From Catajapyx aquilonaris (taxonomy: Eukaryota), in contig JYFJ02002583.1 in NCBI GenBank assembly GCA_000934665.2, forward strand, positions 44,405-64,404: a DNA stretch of 20,000 nucleotides, given 5' to 3'. A program made the position numbers and the translations under genes. Within the stretch, counting starts at the first letter, position 1, and each line of letters opens with the position of its first letter. This document shows, in pieces, positions 1-10,000 of the stretch. The notes beneath the pieces were generated by a model. That model did not search any database, was not told where the DNA came from, and was given only the letters and a program-made list of their open reading frames with translations.

Positions 1-22
1 ACCCACAGGTTGGGAACCACTG
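1..22. mobile_element. Right terminus of a hAT (Charlie-like) element
   Basis: ggttgggaaccactg is the reverse complement of CAGTGGTTCCCAACC, a typical Charlie-type hAT TIR. The element runs off the window. Confidence 0.5.
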
Positions 23-108
23 TTCTAAACTATGCGAACAACTCGATGCACATTTCCATATAACAAAGGCTTATCATTAGTTAATAATACATGGGAAATA
101 TAGTTTAA

Positions 109-329
109 GGCTGGGTATCCATGTAAAAGCTTCTCGTGCCAGAGTCGGCCAGTCCCCTCTTGCGCGAGAAAACTTGTCCGTCGAGACGGACTCTATGTCG
201 CCTCAAGGCCCCTCTGATCCCTCGGAAAGGGGATTAAAGTTGAAAATTTTCTACTTTTCCTCTTTCCTCCGATACGAGCATGCGCAGTTGGCCTCTCCGA
301 TAAGAGAAAACTCTGGCGAAAACCCAGCT
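109..329. mobile_element. Possible PIF/Harbinger-like MITE
   Basis: Short imperfect TIR ggctgggtat / aaacccagct flanked by TAA and TTA; CpG-richer interior than the flanks. Confidence 0.35.
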
Positions 330-481
330 TTAGATTGCAGCAGAAGTTTCAGAAACATCTTGGCACCATCACAAAGATGATTGCAGTAAGTTGAAATAAG
401 AGGATTATGGCACCACACATTTCTTCAGTGAATGAAGTCAATTTCATACCATTGGCAACAGAAAAATTAATCCACGAATAA

Positions 482-487
482 TTTATT
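482..487 (-). promoter_or_regulatory. Candidate polyadenylation signal AATAAA for the POT1-like gene
   Basis: TTTATT on the + strand ~410 nt downstream of the stop codon; hexamer match only. Confidence 0.35.
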
Positions 488-896
488 TTTACTCTCCTTT
501 GAACTATAGTACAAGTGCAATTAAAATGTTAGGACCACCATTTTAATACTTGTGCTGTTGAAAATGAAGCAATCATAAATTTTTGAACATTGTAGACAGC
601 AGGTTGTGTTTTGGTAGCCTCCAGCTTAACAGTGGTAATGCTGTCAGAATATTTCCATGCAGTCCTACTGCATTACATTCCTACATTCAGTGGAAATGTG
701 TTCAAGTAGGACTGTAGGAAAATATTTTCTACCAATACACTTTCCTGTACATTCCTGTCAACATCTTTAAATATTCTTTTTGACTCATGGCTATTAAAAA
801 TAAAATAAAACTAGCACTTGCACATTACACAGTGGCCTTCTCTTCCTCAGTGCTACAGAAAAAGTTTCTTTTTTAGATAAACGACAACCTCTTGGG

Positions 897-1075
897 CTAT
901 ACCAACTTGGTGTTGAGGATTTCATACTCCTTCAAACGTTTCCTGAACTTGACACACACATCCACTGGAACACCTGCATCTCGATGGGACACTTTCTTCA
1001 TCAGCTTCTCCCACTTCTGCTCTAGGGCTGACTTCTCAAAAGGTGTTCTGGTACAAAATTCTGCCACTGTGCAAC
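897..1075 (-). CDS. POT1: POT1-like terminal coding exon (179 nt incl. TAG); not in the ORF track
   Basis: tttattccag|GTTGCA, phase 1. Translates GCTVAEFCTRTPFEKSALEQKWEKLMKKVSHRDAGVPVDVCVKFRKRLKEYEILNTKLV* (cf. POT1 C-terminus PWLECFIKSY...YQIFDTTV). Confidence 0.88.
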
Positions 1076-4000
1076 CTGGAATAAACCAAGCATCTTTTAG
1101 TTAAAGTGACATCATCAATAGATAAAATTTGGCATTCCCATTTCATGGCACTTTTTGACTTTGCAAGAAGCAAAACAGTTTGAAAGGTTTTAAACAATGA
1201 ACAATGGCAAAAATAAGGCAAAAACATCAAAACTTGCAGGATACCTGTTCTATTGAAGAATTAACCCTATTTAGACGGGAGGTTTTTTGGCGATTTTGTC
1301 GGATTTTGCACAGGTCAGAAAATAAATCTCTCTTTCAAGTATTTGTGCTTCCACACACTGGACTTGACTTTTGTCTCGTCAGTAAATGTCCAAGCTAGAT
1401 TCTAGCAACACTTCTTGGTGCTTTAAGGAATTTAGGGCTTGCCAAACCTTAAGGCCCTACACCCCCTCCGTTCTACGCGGGTGTGTAAATCCCAAGGTTG
1501 CATGGCTTTTATATGTTGAAAAGGCACAAGAGGTGGCATGGGCGGAGTTTTTGCTACTGCGGATTTTTTTTTTTTTTTGATGGTCCTTTTCAGACCAAGG
1601 TGCAGTAGACTTGTGTGTCTGGCCCAGCCAAGCCGCTATTTACTCAGACGTGATTAGTCACATGCGTAGGTTGAGAGCTACGTAGGAATAAGAAACCGCC
1701 TACCCAGAGCGCAAACTTGGCCTCCCTCTGATCCCCCCTACCCAGACCTATCCACCTCGGGGAAGGCCCGCGGATGGCCGGGCAGGGGTGCCTCGCCCTA
1801 ATAATTGAGCACTATCCAACATTATTTATTTATTTTTAAAACCTATTAATNGGGGGGGAGGTTTTTTTTTTTCAGCGGCAGATGATGGGCAGAAAATGTC
1901 ATTTAAGTTAATCTGGTGGTTTATTTATGCAAGATTTTGTAGTCCAAAATTCGAATTTATTTTTACATGAGAGATATATAGTTTCACCAGCAAAATTTTT
2001 GAAACCAGCGTATCAGCACATGATAAGACCGTCTAAATAGGGGTGCTATGGAGACCCATTGCCAGGGATACCCCATTGCTATGGTAACCTCTGGCGCTAC
2101 GGACAACCCTTGCCATGGAACTCCTGTTGCTGTGGATGCCCGAGATGCCTGTTGCCATGGTAACCATTGGGATCAAGAGTAGGGGTGGTCGAGGGCAGGA
2201 GGAGGAGGAGGAGGAGGAGGGGGGGGGGCAGCAAAAGTGAGTATCCCTCTGTCAAAACTAACCAAAAAATTCCTCCGCTCTCTTTCCAAAAAGTCTCGTC
2301 ATCAGCATCTTTCCTTTTTTGTCCTGCAGATAGACAAATACTTGCAGGAACACTTCAATATCTTCCTCACAAGTGGAGCAGTAGAAGGTCACTTCCTCTG
2401 CATTCCCCTGCCTCACACGCTTCTCAGGGCAAGTTGAAAGATAAGGGTATTGTTGAGCACATCCTGTGCAGGTGCCAATTATGTAGGCATACCATGGATC
2501 TGAGATGAAGATAAAAATTGGTTGCATAGACTGGTTGAATCACACAATTAACTTACAATTAATCCCAGGATGACCTCCAACAAGATATGAGCATACACGG
2601 TGCACCTTTTCTTCAGGATGGGATAGTGCATGTGAAGCCTTCACTGGTGTCTTCGTCATATCTGTAGCTAGAAGAAATAAGCAATTTGAATGTTCAATTT
2701 CCTTGACACTATTCCTACTGCGTACTCAGATCCACATGCATGTACAGTTGGTTAAAGGATTCGCTTACCACATGAGGAAGACAAATTAGCCTCCAATAGA
2801 AGTACTGTACTTGCTACAGGAGTGCGAGTCATTGCATCAGGGGAAGGCAGCACGTCTGTTGGAGGCTAATTTCTCCGCCTCATGTGGTAAGGAAATCCTT
2901 TAACTGACTGTCCTGTAACTAGTAGTTGCCTCCCAACTCCACATGAGATGCAAACATATTTTACACCCAGGATAGGGATTGAACCTGCAATGGGTGCACA
3001 CATTATTACAGTGTAGGGCGTCACAGTGGCCGAGTGGTTAGCGCCACAGCCTTCCACCTCTGAGGTCCCGAGTTCGATCCCCGGGTCGGACAGAGGATGC
3101 TTATGTGGATACAGTTTCGATGGGTTCTCTATATGTTCGCGTGGGTTTTCTCGGGGTTCGCCCGTTTCCTCCCACTATCAAAATCCATCACATTACAGGC
3201 AAATGATTAAAGTTGGTCTATTAAAAGATGATCCCCTAAAAAGCCCAAGGAGGCTAATCACGGGGTATCCATTATTATCATTATTATTATTTATGAACTT
3301 CATTCTTTGTGGTGTATTTAAAAAATATAATTTTTGCAAGGTTTGCTCTTCTTGTCAGAACTTGTTGTATTATCTAGAAGCAACATACTGTATAATGAAA
3401 CTTGTGCATAAAGGAGCCACTTGACTGCATTTTGTGTGCGTGTGTGTGTGGGTGGACGTGTCTTGCTATCCTTGTGAGGAATTTTGTCATTACGAGGTAG
3501 TTTTCCTGTACCTCATAGTGAACACACGCCTCACAAGGATAGGGTAAAATCGAAACAATACCTCATAGAGGCAGTAAAAATATATTTCACCAAAATTTCG
3601 TGTTTCCTTGCAGGTTAGGTTAGGTTAGTTTTAAATTTCAAATTTTGGAAAAACCGAACAAGGATAGGAATGCCCGCCTGTGGGTGGGTGTGTGTGCATT
3701 TAACAGGATTTCATTACACAAGATTGAAAGAATAAGTTTAAAATCATCTGCTGGAACAAAATGAAAGTTCATAATGTAGGGGAAAGTGGGGAGAAATCAA
3801 ACGTGGGGGAAATTTGACAGTGGACTCTGTTAGTCACCAAACAACAAAGAGAAAATTTAAATGTGAAAAATAAAATTTAAATGTGAAAAATGTCCCATTC
3901 CCGGGCCTATTCTGCCTTACATGTTCCCACTAAATCCAGGGCCCATTATATGCATGCTTCACATTTCAGCACCCACTTATTAATTTGTTTATGAGAAAAC

Positions 4001-7000
4001 ATTTAAAATTAAACCAGAAAATAAATGCACCTGCACCAGAACATACCAATTAATAGAGTTTTAAAAAACCCTTACTTGTTAGGAACGTAGCATGGCCTTT
4101 GAGGCTGGGACTTATAAGTGAGGTTCCCGAGGCCTCAGGCAGCTTCTTCTTTGGTGAGGAAACTTGATTATCAGTGAGGGCTTTTTTTGTGTCCTTAGAT
4201 GATTCAAGTTCCGATATATCCATTTCTGACGAGTCCTTTCTCGACTTTTTAAATGCATTTTTGAACTCTGCAAGGACATTTTTTACTCGTCTCTTCTGCT
4301 TTTGGGGAGGCAAAGCTTCCTTATTCCTCTTTTCTTGCCTTACCAACTCATTTTTAGGTGGCTGGTCTGCAGTTTCACCTCCTGAGGGTATGAGTTCCAC
4401 ATTTGCATGTGCACTCTTCATCTCCCTCTCTGACTTGCCTTGATGGTGTCGTAATTTCCTTTGAGGGCTTTTATCTGGATGCTTTGATTTTGATGATGAT
4501 GCACTCCTCGTATGAGCACTAATGAAATCCTGCTCATTTTTTGGTGATTCTAGCTTTTCAGGCTGTTTAGTTGTTTCTAGATTTTCAGGCTGTTTAGTGG
4601 AGGAGACTTTACCAGGACCCTCATCAGGCAACTTTTTCAATTCTTGTCCTGAAGTCCTTCCTGTTTGAGTCTGCACCCTTTCAAGACAGACCCGTGGAGA
4701 CTTCAATGGGATGTGCTTGTTTTCAGTCTCTTTCCTTTCCGGAGTGACAGCTGACATGTCCATTGTTTCTCCTTTGGGCACCTCATCCAACTTCTCTGGT
4801 GAAGCTTCCCCAGCCAAACTGGCTGAACCTCCTTCCTGTTTATCCTTTGATGAGACCTCCTCAGTACTTTGTGACTCACTCTCACTTGACAACTTCTGGG
4901 ACTTCTCAGTGTCACTGCCCTGCAAGTCACACAGAAATTGTAAGCCGAACTTGCATCTTGCTGACCTCACTTCTATTTCAGTGTCAACCACATTTTTGGG
5001 AGTGCATGATGTATCTTCTTCAGCAGCCTTGTCTTCAGCATGTCCATCACATTGCCTCTTCCCTGGAGTGAACATTTCACCTTCAATACTGTTACCAACT
5101 CGCTGCTTTTTGGAACTGGATGCAGCAATTTCAGCACTGGTTCTCTTCTGAGAAACACGGGTCAGCTTACTTTTAGGAACTGGAATATGCCTTTTTAACA
5201 TTTGGATGATAGGATGACCAGAGACTAATGGAGTGGCACAACTGCTGCCACCATTCAGCTTGGCAGAATACAGGATAGTACCATCAGTCCATTTTGTGTC
5301 CTCAAAGATCTCAACACCATATAACATGCAGTAGGTGTTAACCTGCAGCTGAGAGATATCCTCCAGGTGATCAAACACCACGACTTCAAGGACAGGACGT
5401 GTTTCATCATACCAGAGGCTCTTCCTTCCACTGATCATGTCACTAAAGGTGCGACTAGGAAGACTAAAAGTGGTGCCATCTTCCACCCGAAGCATGGTCA
5501 CTTGGCGCTCGATCACCTGTTTTCAAGAGCAAAGAACAAATAAAACTTTCACCATTTCTTTCAGATCTTCCGTACATAATAGACCCTTAAGCGAAAACCA
5601 AGGTTCTGATACAAAAATACAGTGGGACCTCATACTTGGAACAGCCCTAACTTCAAACGTTCCCGATTTTAGACATTCATGTGAAATTCGATCCAGAGTT
5701 CGAATGATTCTTTAAAGTTTGAACATCTTGAGCAGTGAAAAAAAATACACTCATTGCATAAATGCCTTCTGTTGTGCGCCCAACTCGTCTCTCCCTCTCA
5801 CTGTCAGAGCATCTCTTGTGTTACGCATTATGCTGTTGTCAGTGCTTTTTAAGCTTTATTATTACAGTATTAATGCATTTTATTTATTGTTTTCCTGTTT
5901 TAATTTATTATTTAGGGCATTTTATTGTGTTATTTTTATCTGAAATTATGAATAATTGCTGTTAAGTTTATCGAACTTGCTATTTTTTAGAATCTGGGAA
6001 TTGATTAATTACTTTCCATCATTTCTAATGGAAAAATTTATTCGGATATCGAACTATTCAGAGTTCAAATGGCCCCCTGGAAAGAATGAAGTTTGAAGTA
6101 TGAGGCACCACAGTGAGTGAGATCAGCAGTGTCATGAACTTTTCAATGCCACTGTACCCATCAGCTGTTGACTGTATCAATCACAACTCCAATTTTAAAA
6201 ACTTCTAAGCAGATAATAATACCTCATTATCCCTTCCCCTGACTCAATTTAATCAGTCAATCATACTTGACAATTCAATATTCACACAAGTTCACAAATA
6301 AACTGGGCCTATTCTACTGGGCCTAATAATGGCCAAATGGAGAGTTCTTACAATACACTGTAGTTTCCATACCAGAAAGACGAAATGCACTGTACAGTAC
6401 AGTACTGGAAAAAATAGCCTGTATCCCCTCAAGCAGCACCAAACGGCCAGCCAAGTTGGCGCAGGTGGAAGCGTGCATGAAACCTGTTTCCACCTGCACT
6501 CACACTGGCACTGCTTGCAGGGGAGCAAGGCTATTTTTTCCAGTAGTGTGATATCCACATGTCAAATCAGAATTATTTTGTCTACTTCTCCACAAACTCT
6601 CCATCACAGTCAATGCAATCTGACCTGTGCATAAATTTTAAATTTCCATCGAGTAGCACTCTGTTCCAGTACATCCTAGATGACACATCGCAGGTTGAGA
6701 ATTACAAGGTTGTAACTGCATAGGATTTTCAAGCGCCCGATTCTCATAGCCACTAAGGGCGAAAGTCGCGTACAGGCCGTGCATCCATCCCTGCTGGGTT
6801 AGGGGGGAAGCGGGTACGCGACTTTCGCCCTTAGTGGCTACGGGAATTGGGCGCTTCGCGGCGGGATGGCAGAAAAGTGGAAAGACCACGGTTCTATTCG
6901 TGGTTTTTTACTAAGGACTAGTTGGAGTATCCATGGCCAAAATTGCAAATTTTTTAAAATACCACTTTTTGAGATATTTGACCTTGAAGTACGCAAATTT

Positions 7001-10000
7001 CGAAATTTCTCCAATTTCTGACCTAAAAATCGGCCAGAATGGCTTGCAACCGTGAATTTATTTTACCACGGCTGGATGTCCTCCCAGTCCGAGTTCTTGA
7101 AAAAAAATATCCACCCTGTTGTTTCAAGCCATTTTGATTTTGCATTTGAAAAGGGCAAAATTTATCATTTTGGAGGCAATATGTAAGACCATTAAAGTTC
7201 CAGTTACCAAAGTTTTATCCTACCTGTATGTACATATTCTGAAAGGCCAAGACCTCTACTTTCAGGAAGTGAAAAGCAAAACATCCTAACTTGAATAGAC
7301 ACCAAACAATAGGCATTTTTAAGAACCCTTGCAAACGCTTGTTTTTGCTCGCCGCAGTGAAGAAAAATGAGCATAAATCCAACATGGTGGCAGATAAAAA
7401 ATTAATAAAAATAGTTTTGAGCTAGTCAATATCAAGGCTACACTGCAAATCATGTGCTGACTATGTGCTATGTCGTAGATAGCACAAGGTGGTCTAGTTA
7501 GCACGGCCGTTAGCACAGGGAAATTTGAATCTTAAGTCAGCACCGACTCAGCACATGCGCAAGACTGTGCTGACTGGATAAATAGTCAGCACACGGTGTG
7601 CTAAAACAAATGCTTAGGCAGCACAACAGTCGGCACATGAAAGTCACATGATAAATCCAGACAGCACAATCCCATCAGCGCATGATTCATGCGCTGATCC
7701 GCTCTTGTGCTTCGTCGAGCGGGGGAAAACCTCATGCTTGCCATTGTGTTGGAGTCGGTTGGAGTTGGTTGGAGTGCAAGTTGCTCTCATTTCTGCTGCA
7801 CAGGTGACAGTTGGTGACACGGCAAGATGAGGGACTTGCAAATATATAGGATACTTGCAAATTATTTGCTCATTTTTGCAGCATTGCAGGAATGGTGGTG
7901 AAGACTCAGGTGGGGAGAGGCGGAGGAGGGCCTGGGGCAGGTTGGGGGGGGGGGAAGAGGGAGGAGGGGCAGGTCTCCTGTGCTGACTCTCATGTCAGCA
8001 CAATAGCCAGCACAGCAGATGGCATAAAAAAACAAATTTGTGCTGGCTCAGAGGCAGCACATAGTCAGCACATGATTTGCAGTGTACCTGTGGTGAAAAT
8101 ATAAAAAATTAACTACTATCCGTTTATTTAATATAGAGCCCTGTCTTTGACTCTAAACAACTCCCAGGAAAATTATCCAAAAAAATAATGGTATGTATCG
8201 TTAGAAAGCTTGTTTAAATCCACGTTACATAATATATGCGAGTTGTTTTCCTTTCGTCAGTCTGTAATTTTTTATCGTAAAAAGAAGGCGGAAAAGTGTC
8301 ATTTTTTGACTAGTTGCCGACGTTACACCGCAAAGGGAATTTTTTATGACACTTTCAGGTGGCCAAAAAAATCCCCCTGTGAACCATGAATAGTGCACAT
8401 CTTTGTCTATCTAATGATATATTTGAAACATTGAGATCACCATTTGTGTAATCATAATTAAGTTAATTGCACACCTCTGTTATCTCGGCTGTTTATAATC
8501 CAAATTACTTCACAAATGTATCGATGGCAAGCCAGAAATGTGCGTGATAAGATTACACCATACTCTATTACCCTAAAAATTTTAAAAGTATTTAAAAGTA
8601 TCACTGTCTATTCCCGCCAGAAAGCGGGCTGGGTCCTTTTCTATTAAACTCACTAAAACAATACTTTTAAATTTTTTAGTGTAATAGAGCACAATGTAAT
8701 CTTATCACCCACATTCCTGGCTTGCCGTCGATACATTCGGGAAGTAATTCGGATTATAAATAGCCGAGATAACAGAGGTGTGCAATTAACTTAATTATGA
8801 TTACACAAGTGGCAATCTCAATGTTTCAAATATATCATTAGATAGACACAGATGTGCACTATCCAGGGTTCACAGGGGGATTTTTTTGGCCTCCTGAAAG
8901 TGTCATAAAAAATTCACTTTTTGGTGTAACATCGACACTTTTCCGCCTTCTTTTTACAATACAAAATTAGAGACTGACGATAGGAAAACAACTCGTATAT
9001 ATGTAACGTGGATTTAAACTAGCTTTTTCACGATACATACCATTATTTTTTTGGATAATTTGCCTGGGAGTTGTTTAGAGTGAAACTCAGGGCTCTATAT
9101 TAAATAAACGGATAGTAGAGGGTCGAGCAACCACCCTGGCCCACTTCGCATGGAATGACTCTTTAGCAGAAACCTGTTCATCAAGAAAAGTCTTCGTGGA
9201 ACAATGAGAGTCCAATGCAGACAGATATTGTAGTGGATTCACTGTAATTACTGGTACTCTCTCCCTTACTTAAAAAAAACTTACCCCTCGACATGTAAAG
9301 CTGATTCTGCAAAAGAGGTTGAACACCCCAGGTCCTTTAACATCCTTGATTTGCTTTATACCCAGTGGCTTGCTGCTGATCCATTCTTGCAGCTTATCAA
9401 TTGCCCGTTCTGCATCCACTATGCCTGCAGTCACTCTCATAGATTCAGCTAATATCAGCTCCTTTTCACTGCTCTCAGTGTCTGCCTTGTTTAATTCTTC
9501 CTCTCTTGACAAGTAGAATTCTCTGAGGGCTTTGATGTGCTCACGATCTTCCTCTGAAACACAACCCTTCTCTTTACATATCAGCAATGTTTCAATGGTA
9601 CCTTACTTAAGGATCGATACAGTGATACAATGGGTGGCAGGAAATCAATGGAAGTAGATGTTTTAAGGCAAATGGAGCATAGAGGGGAAAAACGAGAGGA
9701 GTTATGAGTGTTGTGAAAGTTAGGCTCATTTTCAGAAACAGCAACATGCTGCATTAAATTTCTAATCAAAAGTAGCCCCTGGTGGTGTATATGCATTCCC
9801 CTGGATTTCTATAGTGAACAAACTCAAAAACTTTCCAAAATATTAGATTAAGACCAATGATTAAGACATACAAAAAAAACAGAAAATACAGGAAGTACCC
9901 GTTTACGCTGTTTCACATTAACGCATGATCAAAAAATTATATTTGAAAAATTTTAAGATGATAACACAATCTAAACATAAACACACCACAACACTTCTCA

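Noticed and set aside
2043..2165. CRISPR-like or other prokaryotic repeat array
   Set aside because: Eukaryotic intron, degenerate units with no unique spacers, and no cas genes.
3016..3095. tRNA genes at 3016 and 13193
   Set aside because: A/B boxes are present but are followed by SINE bodies and simple-repeat tails (plus a TSD in the second); no convincing full cloverleaf.
3026..3424. 132-aa plus-strand ORF
   Set aside because: Reads through the SINE and its ATT tail; not protein-like.
3778..3890. taggggaaagtgggg TIR-like start and a 20-bp tandem duplication (aaaatttaaatgtgaaaaat x2)
   Set aside because: No partner terminus found; too fragmentary to call.
4174..5151. Plus-strand ORFs 4174..4443, 4711..5151, 4763..5071 (also 14738..14929, 15258..15470, 15644..15889)
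   Set aside because: Antisense shadows of the large minus-strand exons; S/F/L-rich with no independent gene signals.
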